From assembly GCA_028826165.1 (NCBI GenBank), contig JAPDFW010000055.1:372001-436000 (forward strand): a stretch of DNA of 64,000 nt, written 5' to 3'. Below are positions 40,489 to 51,586 of this stretch, in pieces. Both the position numbers and the translations under genes were made by a program. Origin of the DNA: Anaeramoeba ignava BMAN (Eukaryota; Protista; Anaeramoebae). Numbering within the stretch: position 1 is the first letter of the stretch; each line of letters opens with the position of its first letter. Below the pieces are notes generated by a model that was not told the DNA's origin, searched no databases, and worked only from the letters and a program-made list of their open reading frames with translations.

Positions 40489-43470
40489 TCATTTTTGATA
40501 TTTTTTTCTAAAAAAATTTAGAAGAAAATTTTTCGTTTCTTCTTTATTTTCAAGAATACTAGTTTGATCAATTTCTTTTGAAGTTTTAAGAAAATTAGAA
40601 GGAGGTCTTTCACCAAAAAAATCTGTTAATTTTAATGATCCAGTTCTTTTTCTATTTTTTCGATTTTCGAAATTATTTTTTCTACTGGATTTTGATTCTT
40701 TTTCTGAAATATTATTTGAATACATAAAATTAAATTGAGGAGGAAATTCTCCAAAAAATTTAGTTAATTTTATAATTGATTCTCCACTTGGACTTTTTGC
40801 TTCTTTTCTTTTTTCCATTATTTTTTTTCTTGTTTTTTTTTCTTCTTTTTCTTCAAGTTTTGTTTTTTCATCTGAAAAATTTTTTGAAAAAGAAGGAAAT
40901 TGAAATCCAAAAAAATTATTTTGATTTTTTTCCGAATCAAATTGAAGTATTTGTTTAGAACTTGTAAGTTCTGTTGATTTTGAACGAATTGTATTTTTTA
41001 AATTTCCAATTTTGTGAAAAGAAGAATCAAATGGATCTTCTTTTTCTTTTTCTTTTTCTTTTTCTTTTTCATTTTCTTTTTCATTTTCTTTTTCATTTTC
41101 TGAATTTTTAAATTTTGATTTTTCAAGATCAATATTTTCATTGAATAAGAATTCATTAAATTCAAAAATTTCATTATTTTTTTGAATTTCTTTCATTTCA
41201 TCATCTTCATCACTATCACTAATTATTATTATCATTTCTTTATTATTATTATTATTTTGATTATTATTATTATTTTGAATATTTTCATTTTGATTATTTT
41301 GATTTTGATTTTGATTATTATTTTGAATATTTTGAATATTTTGAATATTTTTATTATTTTGATTTTCATTTTGAATATTTTGAATATTTTCATTTTGAAT
41401 ATTTTGAATATTTTTATTTTGATTATTTTTATTATTTTCATTTTGAATACTTTCATTATTTTGAATATTTTGAATATTTTGAATATTTTCATTATTTTGA
41501 ATATTTTGAATATTTTGAATATTTTGATTGTTTTGATTATTTTGAATATTTTGAATATTTTGAATATTTTGAATATTTTGATTTTGATTATTTTGATTTT
41601 CATTTTGAATATTATTATTTTTATTATTTTTATTTTGAATATTTTTATTATTTTGAATATTTTCATTTTGGATACTTTCATTTTGATTAATATTTTGATT
41701 ATTTTGAATTTGATTTTGATTATTTTTATTATTTTGATTTTGATTATTATTATTTTTATTATTTTTATTTTGATTTTGATTTTGATTGTTTTGATTATTT
41801 TGATTATTTTGATTATTTTGGTTATTTTTATTATTTTTATTATTTTGATTATTTTGATTATTTTGATTATTTTGATTATTTTGAATATTTTGAATATTTT
41901 GAATATTTTGAATACTTTCATTTTGAATATTATTATTTTGAATATTATTATTTTGAATATTATTATTTTGAATATTTTCATTATTTTGATTATTTTTATT
42001 ATTTTGAATATTATTATTTTGAATATTATTATTTTGATTTTTTTGGATATTTTGATTATTTTGGATATTTTGAATATTTTGATTATTTTGATTATTTTGA
42101 TTTTCAATTTGATTTTGAATATTTTGATTATTTTGATTATTATTATTATTTTTATTATTTTGATTATTTTTATTATTTTTATTTTGATTATTATTATTAT
42201 TTTGATTATTTTGATTTTGATTTTGATTGTTTAAATCTTCCAAATTTAATTTTTTTGATAAATTCTTTTTTTCTTTTTTTGTATTAATAATTGAAAATTC
42301 AGGTTTAATTGTTGGATTCACTTTTTTCAAATGTTTTTCTGTAAATTTTGTATATAAAGACATTTGAGCTCCATTAAAATTTGAATGATTATCTTGATTT
42401 CTTTGAATAGTGTTTATAAATTGGTTTTCTTCTTCATCACTAACACTTTTAAATGTAGATTCTGGTAACAATTCTGATTCTTCAAATATTAAATTTCCAT
42501 TAAAAATATCTTCTTTTTTTTCTCCATTTTTTGAATTAACAAAATTTTGATTTAAATTTGAAATTTTTTTCTTTTTTATATTTTCTGGTTTTTTTATAAC
42601 TCTTCTTTTTTGTAAATCAAGAAAGTGTTTGTCAGGTTTATCACCAAAGAACTAAATAAATTAAAAAGATATTTTAATTAAATATTTCAATTAAATTTTT
42701 TAATTAGATTTTTTGATTAAATTTTAATTAGATTTTCTAATTAAATTTTTCATTTAGATTTTAATTAAATATTAATTAGATTTTTTAAATAGATTTCTTA
42801 ATTGAAATTCATTTAAATTTTAATTAGATATTAATTAGATTTTGATTAGATTTTAATTAATTTCAATTAGATATTTTAATTAAATTTTAATTAGATATTT
42901 TAATTAAATTTTAATTAGATTTTAATTAGATTTTGATTAGATTTTAATTAGATTTTAATTAATTTCAATTAGATGTTTTAATTAAATTTTAATTAGATAT
43001 TTTAATTAGATTTTAATTAGATTTTTTAATTAGATTTTCTAATTAAATTTTTTAATTAGATTTTGATTAGATTTTTTAATTGAAATTCATTTAAATTTCT
43101 TAATTAGATTTTTTAATTAAATTTCAAATAGATATTTTAATTAAATTTCAAATAGATTTTAATTAGATATTTTAATTAGATTTTGATTATATTTTAATTA
43201 GATTTTGATTAGATTTTAATTAGATTTTAATTAAATTTTTTGATTAGATTTTAATTAGATTTTTCATTCAAAATTTACATCAAAAAGCTTTGAATTTCTT
43301 GATTTTTGTGTTTTTCTATTTGTTTCTTCAATAGCTTCAATTTGTGAAAATGAATTACGCAAAAAAATAAGTTGTGAATTAACTCTATTAGCAAATTCTC
43401 TTAACAATTTATTTTCTTTACGTAATTTTTTATTTTCTTCAACAAGTTCATGATAAGTTTTTCTATTCAT
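40489..43470 (-). CDS. Uncharacterised protein: N-terminal coiled coil, ~330-aa N/Q-rich tract, three KLxxFFG[DE]xP motifs; exons 43470-43279, 42651-40489
   Basis: GT-AG intron 42652-43278 joins KLFD|FFGDKP in frame with the 660-aa ORF. Confidence 0.75.
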
Positions 43471-43768
43471 TTAAAAATGAAAAAAAAAAAATGAAAATTA
43501 ATTTTTGATGAAATTATTTTTATTTTGAAAAAAAAAAATAATTTTGATTTTGTTTTGCTCAACTTTTTAATATTACTCAATATTTTTTAAATATTAGTTA
43601 CTCAAAGAAAAAAAAAGTATTGATTTAAAAAATGATTGAATCAAAAGAACCTTCAATTAAATTTCAAAACGAAAAAGAGAAAAAAAATCACAAACAAAAA
43701 AAAATCGGAAAAAAAAAAAGAAGAAAAAAAATAGATTTTTTTTTGAAGAAAAATCAAATGGGAATTTT

Positions 43769-46700
43769 TCACAAATTTTTGTAAGAAGATAAAGTAAATA
43801 ATAATTTAGATTCTTTGAGAGTGCACCACCATAATAATTGTTTAAGGTTAGTTAACATATATTTAAGTGCTTTAGTCCAATTTTCATCTGAAGAAATTTT
43901 TATCTTAATTGTTAATCCCCCAATTTGATCTTTATTTATAAGATATTCTGGAATAAAATCATTTTCTTGCGAAATTGCAAATTGTTGTATTTCTTGAATG
44001 CACTCAAGAAATAATATTAATGCTTTGTTAAATCTGTTTGTTAAAAATCTTTTGATTACTCTATAATTTGAACAGTAAAATTCAAAATAACTTTTAATAT
44101 CAGACATTTCTTTTGCCATTGTACTTTGTGTTGTTTTCTTTGCTATTCTACTAAAACTTCCATATGGTACAATTACATAACTTTTATTTTTGAAATTAAA
44201 TTAAATATTAAATATTAAATATTAAATTAAATATTAAAATATTAAATAATAAAATAAATATTAAAATATTAAAATATTAAAATATTAAAATATTATATAT
44301 TAAATATTAAAATATTAAATAATAAATATTAAATATTAAAATATTAAATAATAAATATTAAATATTAAAATATTAAATAATAAATATTAAATATTAAAAT
44401 ATTAAATATAAAATAATAAAATAAATATTAAATATTAAATATTAAATATTAAATATTAAATTATAAAATAAATATTAAAATAAATATTAAATTAAATATT
44501 AAATAATAAATTAAATTAAATTAATAAGATTTTCTACTTTTTAAACTCATAATTCAATCTTTTTGCTATTGAATGAAGTAATAAAGCAGATTGTCCTAAT
44601 CCTGCATTAATTTCACTCCAATCTACAGGAACACTTGGCATTCTTCCAAGTCGAAATCCATTAATTGTTCCAAAATGTCCATCAAATCCAATATGAAAAA
44701 CATCGTTTAAAACATTAATTTCTTTAAGTTTTTTTAAATATTTTTTCGCTTCATCAAGTTGTTTTAAACTTTTTTCTCTTTTTTCAATTTCTCTTTGAAT
44801 TTCTAACTCAAAATTAATTAATTCACGGAAATATTGATCTTCTAAATTGGATAATTCCAACTCTTGAACTTCAATTTGTTTCATCATATCGTTTAAATTT
44901 TTTTCTCTTTTTTCGATTCTTTTAATTTTGCTTTCATATTTATCAAGTTTTGTTAAAGAATTTTTAATTAAATCTTGCAATTCTTGATCATCTTCTTGAA
45001 TATTTTTCTCTTGTTTTGATTGAGTATTATTAATTTCATTAAGAATTTTTCTATATTGGTTTTTTTCTTGTTTTTTCTTTTCAATTTTCTCATTAAGATC
45101 GTAAAAATCTCGATCTGTTAATTGCAAAATATTAATATCCTTAACTAAAAAATCCTTTTGGAATAATCGATATGAATAAGTTGCAATTTTACTTTCAAGA
45201 GTAAGATATAATTCTTCTAAATTTAAAAATTCATAAATATTATTTCCAGATACAACGGAAATTGGTTCTTTTATATTTTTTGATTTGGAATTTTCATCTG
45301 ATAAATTATTATCTCCATTTTTCTTCTTCAATTATTTGTTGTATTGTTTCATTATCATCTCCACTTTCATTATCAGTTTGATTATTGTTATAATCTTGAT
45401 TATTTTTATTATTTTCATTTTCATCATCTTCATCATCTTCATCATCATCATCTTCATCATCATCTTCATCATCATCTTCATCAATTTCATTTTCAATTTC
45501 ATTTTCGATTTTATTTTCAATTTTATTTTGATTTTGGTTTTCATTTTCATTTTCATTTTCATTTTGATTTTGATTTTCAATTTCATTTTCATTTTCAATT
45601 TCATTTTGATTTTCAATTTGATTTTCATTTTTATTTTCAATTTGATTTTGATTTTGATTTTCAATTTGATTTTTGATTTTTATTTTTATTTTGATTTTGA
45701 TTTTGATTTTGATTTTGATTTTGATTTTCAATTTGATTTTGATTTTGATTTTCAATTTGATTTTGATTTTTATTTTTATTTTGAATTTGATTTTGATTTT
45801 CAATTTGATTTTGATTTTCAATTTGATTTTGATTTTCAATTTGATTTTCAATTTGATTTTCAATTTGATTTTCATTTTCAATTTGATTTTCAATTTGATT
45901 TTCAATTTGATTTTCATTTTCAATTTGATTTTCAATTTTATTTTCAATTTGATTTTCAATTTGATTTTTATTTTCAATTTGATTTTCAATTTGATTTTCA
46001 TTTTCATTTTCAATTTGATTTTCATTTTCAATTTGATTTTCAATTTGATTTTGATTTTGATTTTTATTTTGATTTTGATTTTGATTTTGATTTTGATTTT
46101 TATTTTCAATTTGATTTTTATTTTCATTTTCATTTTGATTTTGATTTTCAATTTGATTTTCAATTTTATTTTTAATTTGATTTTCAATTTTATTTTTAAT
46201 TTGATTTTCATTTTCAATTTGATTTTCAATTTGATTTTCAATTTTATTTTTAATTTGATTTTCATTTTCAATTTGATTTTGATTTTGATTTTTAATTTCA
46301 TTTTCATTTTCAATTTGATTTTGATTTTCAATTTGATTTTGATTTTCAATTTGATTTTGATTTTGATTTTCATTTTCAATTTGATTTTCAATTTGATTTT
46401 TATTTTCAATTTGATTTTGATTTTGATTTTCAATTTGATTTTCATTTTCATTTTGGGGTGTTGTTAATTCAATTAATCCTTGGAAAATATCATCAAATTC
46501 AAGAAAAAAGGGATGATTTTGGGAAATATTTCTCAAATCAAAATTTTTGGGAATTTTTTTTGTCAAATTCTTTGTTTGTTTTGCTTTTTCCTTTAACATT
46601 TTTTCAACACTTGATATTGAACTAACTTTGTTTCTTTTATTTAAATTTTCTTGAGATTTATCTGCATTTTTTTGATTTGCAGATGCTTTTTGTTTCTCTT

Positions 46701-47022
46701 TTTGCTTTTGTTTTTGTTTTTGTCTTTGTCTTTCTTTTTCTTTTTCTTTTTCTATTTGTTTTTGTTTTTGTTTTTCTTTTTTTGATACTTTTTTCTTTTT
46801 TTTATTTGATTTTTCTTTCTGTTTTTGTTGTTTTTTATTTCGTTTTTTATTAACTTTTTGATTTTGATTTTGATTTTCTGGTTTTTTTTCTTTTAAAAGT
46901 TTTTTTTTCAATTCAATTTGATCAAGAATAATTTTTAGTTCTAAAGCTTCATTTGTATTTAATTCTAATAAAAAAACTAAATTAGAAAAATAGTCACCAA
47001 TTGAAATTATATCTTGTTGCAT
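43769..47022 (-). CDS. BECN1: Beclin-1/Atg6/Vps30 with large low-complexity insert; intron 44181-44537; frameshifts near 45670 and 45320
   Basis: [78 protein letters not shown]-domain motifs preceded by a coiled coil. Confidence 0.93.
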
Positions 47023-47331
47023 TTTGTTTTTAAAAAAAAAAGAATAAAAAAAAAACACAAACACAAAAGAAAAAAAAAAGTGAAGAAAAAAAATGAAAAA
47101 AATAAAAATTTAAAAAAAAATTTTTTTTTGTTTAATTGATTGTGACTTGTTTATCTTTTTTGTTTGTTTAGTAAAAAAAAATGGAGAAAAAAAAAATCAA
47201 ATTAAACTGAATCTAAATATTGTTTTGTTTTGTTTTAAAAAAGAAGGAAAGTATCAAAAAGAGTCAATTTCGTTTTTTTGTTTAAAAAGGAATTAATTGG
47301 AAAAAAATAATCATTTCCTTTATAAATTTTT

Positions 47332-49390
47332 TTAGATGATTGGTTTTCTTGTATGGAAAAGTTTTCTTTTGTTTTTTGGTACTTTGATAGTTCTATTAAC
47401 CATTGGGAATTTAATTTTGGAATCCTAAATTTAATTTTAATTTTAATTTTAATTTTAATTTTAATTTTAATTATAATATTAATTTTAATTTTAATTTTGA
47501 TTTTAATTTTAATTTTGATTTAATTTTAATTTTAATATTAATTTTAATATTAATTTTAATTTAAATATTAATTTTAATTTTAATTATAATTTTAATTTAA
47601 ATTTAAATTTTAATTATAATTTTAATTTAAATTTTAATTTCAAAATGAATTTTAATTTTAATTTTAATTTTAATATTAATTTCAAAATGAATTTTATTTT
47701 ATAAATGAATTTTTATTTTATTTTATAAATGAATTTTAATTTTAATTTTAATTTTAATATTAATTTTAATTTTAATTTTAATTTTAATATTAATTTTAAT
47801 TTTAATTTTAATTTTAATTTTAATATTAATTTTGATTTTAATTTTAATTATAATATTAATTTTAATTTTAATTTTGATTTTAATTTTAATTTTGATTTAA
47901 TTTTAATTTTAATATTAATTTTAATATTAATTTCAAAATGAATTTTAATTTTAATTTTAATTTTAATTTTAATTTAAATAAATACATGAAATTGTTGAAC
48001 ATGAGCTCTTCTGCATTTTGCTGGAGGAATTTCTTTAACATCAATAATTTGAATATATCCTTTTGGAACTCTATGTCTACTTGCCATTTCAGAATCTATA
48101 GAATTTTTTGAATTTGAAATTAATTTTTTATAATTTGCAATTTAATAATTATAAATATAAATTATTTACACATTTGTTGAACAGCTCCTGTCATTTTAAG
48201 ATCTCTAAATTCCTTATACATATTATGAACACCTGTTCTACTTCTGTATCTTAAATAGATAGCAAAGTTTTTAATTTTAAGTGGTTTCTTTTCAAAAATC
48301 TAATCAAAAAAATTAAACAAATTTTAATTTTAATTTTAATTTTGAATTTGATTTTTAATTATAATTTTTAATTTTAATTTTAATTTTAATTTTAATTATA
48401 ATTATAATTTTAATTTTAATTTTAATTTTAATTTTAATTATAATTATAATTTTAATTTTAATTTTAATTTTAATTTTAATTATAATTTTAATTTTAATTT
48501 TAATTTTAATTATAATTATAATTTTAATTTTAATTTTAATTTTAATTTTAATTATAATTATAATTTTAATTTTAATTTTAATTTTAATTTTAATTATAAT
48601 TTTAATTTTAATTTTAATTTTAATTTTAATTTTAATTTAAATTTTAATTTTAATTTTAATTTTAATTTTAATTTTAATTTTAATTTTAATTTTAATTTTA
48701 ATTTTAATTTTAATTTTAATATTAATTTATTTTGATTTTTGAATTTGATATTAATTTTGATTTTGATTTTAATTTTAATTTTAATTTTAATTTGAATTTT
48801 TAATTTTAATATTAAATAATTTTAATTTAATTTTCAATTTTAATTTTAATTTTAATTATAATTTTAATTTTAATTTTAATTTTAATTTTAATTTTAATTT
48901 TAATTATAATTTTAATTTTAATTTTAATTTTAATTTTAATTTTAATTTTAATTTTATTTTATTTTGATTTTAATTTTGAATTTTAATTTTAATTTTAATA
49001 TTAATTTTAATTTTAATTTTTATTTTGATTTTAATTTTAATTTTAATTTTAAATTTGATTTTAATTTCAATTTTAATTTTGATTTTTAATTTTAATTTTA
49101 ATTATAATTTTAATTTTAATTTTAATTATGATTTTAATTATAATTTTAATATTAATTTTAATTTTAATTTTAATTTTAATTTTAATTTTAATTTTAATTT
49201 TAATTACTTCATTAATTGAAAGAATTTGTCCTCTTGATTTCTTAATCTTTTTCAATTTGTTTAAGAAATACCAAAATCTTGATTTTGCAGCGACTTTATT
49301 TGCAGCAAAGATTTTCATTCTATAAATTTGAGGTGAAGGATCTTTTTCATCTGGAATTCTTCTTCCTAATATTTGATATTGATGAATCAT
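47332..49390 (-). CDS. RPL18A: 60S ribosomal protein L18a (eL20), 4 coding exons, probable extra 5'UTR intron
   Basis: [69 protein letters not shown]. Confidence 0.97.
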
Positions 49391-49960
49391 TGTTAATTTT
49401 AGTTGGAATGTCTCTGTAAAATGAAAAAAAAATAAAGAGAAAAAATTAATTTTTAAAATTTGTTTTTGATTTTTGTTTTTGTTTTTAATTTTGTTTTTGT
49501 TTTTGTTTTTGTTTTTGTTTTTGTTTTTGTTTTTGTTTTTGTTTTTAATTTTGTTTTTGTTTTTGTTTTAAAAATTCTGTAAATATTAAAATTTGTTTTT
49601 AAAATTAATTTTTAAATTTATTTTATACAAACAAAAATAAGGAAATTGAAAAGTAAAAAAATGAAAAAAAAAATTTTTTTTCTTTTTTTATTTTATTAAA
49701 AAAAAAAATTAATTAGTCATAAATTAAAAATTATTAGTAATTTTTATTTTTAAATTGAATTTTATTGAAAAAAGAAAAGAAAAGAAAAGAAAAGAAAAGA
49801 AAAGAAAAGAAAAAGAAAAAGAAAAGAAAAGAAAATGAAATTCTTTTTTTTTTGGATTAAAAAGATTATTTAATCTGAAATGAAAAAAAAAATTTCTTTT
49901 TAAAAAATGGTGAATAGTTTGATTTTTTGTGTAAATTAAGAAAGTAAATGAATTGTTTTT

Positions 49961-51343
49961 TTAATTCTTTTTTTGTGGTAAAAATTTCTTTTTTAATTCA
50001 GCTTCTAATCTTGAAATTTCTTCATCATTTGGAGAATGTGCTTTAATTGCCATTGTAAAAGCCATAACACCTTTAAATATTAAAATAAATATTAAAATAA
50101 ATATTAAAATAAATATTAAAATAAATATTAAAATAAATATTAAAATAAATATTAAAATAAATATTAAAATAAATATTAAAATAAATATTAAATATTAAAT
50201 TAAATATTAAAATAAATATTATAATAAATATTAAATTAAATATTAAAATAAATATTAAAATAAATATTATAATAAATATTAAAATAAATATTAAAATAAA
50301 TATTAAATTAAATATTAAAATAAATATTATAATAAATATTAAAATAAATATTATAATAAATATTAAAATAAATATTAAAATAAATATTATAATTAAATAT
50401 TAAAATAAATATTAAAATAAATATTATAATAAATATTAAAATAAATATTAATAAATAAATATTAAAAATAAAATTAAAACAAAATTAAAAAAATAAATAA
50501 AAAAAATAAATATTCAAAAATAAATATTATAATAAATATTATAATAAATATTAAAATAAATATTAAAATAAATATTAAAATAAATATTAAAATAAATATT
50601 AAAATAAATATTAAAAATAAATATTAAAATAAATATTAAAATAAATATTAAATTAAATATTAAAATAAATATTAAAAATAAATATTAAAAAAATATAAAT
50701 AAATAAATATATAAATAAATATTGAAATAAATATTGAAATATTTAAATAAATATTAAAATAAATATTAAAATAAATATTAAAATAAATATTAAAATAAAT
50801 ATTAAAATAAATATTAAAATAAATAATAAATATTAAAATAAATATTATAATAAATATTAAATTAAATATTAAAATAAATATTAAATTAAATATTAAAATA
50901 AATATTGTAATTAAATATTAAAATATTTGATTAAACAATTTATTAATTTGACAGAAAAAAAATCGGAAATTTTATTGATAAAATTGATTTCTTTAAAAAA
51001 AGGAAGAAATCAAAATACCTTTATTATCAGGTTCAAATCCATATTTTTTTATCACTTCAGTTTGAATTTGTAAAGCAACAGGAACTACAATTTGCATCAT
51101 TTTAGCAAGATCATCACCAGCTAAAAATTAAAAAAATTAAAATTAAAAAATTAAAAAAATAAAAAAATTTAAAATTAAAAAAATTTCGAAAAATTAAATT
51201 ATAAATAAATGTTTTTTTTTTTTAAACTTGCCTTCTGCTCTTGCTTTATTCATTTTCTCAAGATTAGCTGGCTCATTAAATGCAGCTACAACTTCACGGA
51301 TTGCAGACCTTGCTTCGTCAACTGTTAATGTTTTAGGTTCCAT
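49961..51343 (-). CDS. C12orf57: Protein C10 (C12orf57/GRCC10 family); exons 51343-51232, 51120-51019, 50070-49961
   Basis: Spliced product MEPKTLTVDEARSAIREVVAAFNEPANLEKMNKARAEAGDDLAKMMQIVVPVALQIQTEVIKKYGFEPDNKGVMAF...LKKKFLP closely follows human C10; absent from the ORF track. Confidence 0.9.
50075..50920. repeat. Intronic 12-bp minisatellite (AAAATAAATATT)n
   Basis: Directly visible inside C10 intron 2. Confidence 0.9.
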
Positions 51344-51586
51344 TTAATTTAATTAAAAGAAAAAAAGAAAATTATAAAAAGGGAAAATTGAAAAAAAAAA
51401 ATGAAAAAAAAAAATTGAAAAAAAAAAATATTTTTTAAAGAAAAGAAAAGAAAAGAAAAGAAAAGAAAAGAAAAGAAAAGAAAAAATTCTTGTGATCAAA
51501 TTAAATTTACTTTTAAAATTAAAATTGAAATTAAAATTAAAAGGAAAATCAAAAAAAAAGAAAAGAATTTTTATTAAATTTTGAAT

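Noticed and set aside
41182-46467. Long I/L/F/K-rich ORFs (41182-42234, 41232-42107, 45285-46175, 45673-46467 and similar at 9169-9493, 13042-14504, 28571-29691)
   Set aside because: Antisense or off-frame readings of N/Q coding tracts and intronic microsatellites
12580-51018. Strict sense-strand A-rich polarity of intron repeats
   Set aside because: Holds for FYVE, RPL18a and most CTL introns but is reversed in C10, BECN1 and TPLATE introns
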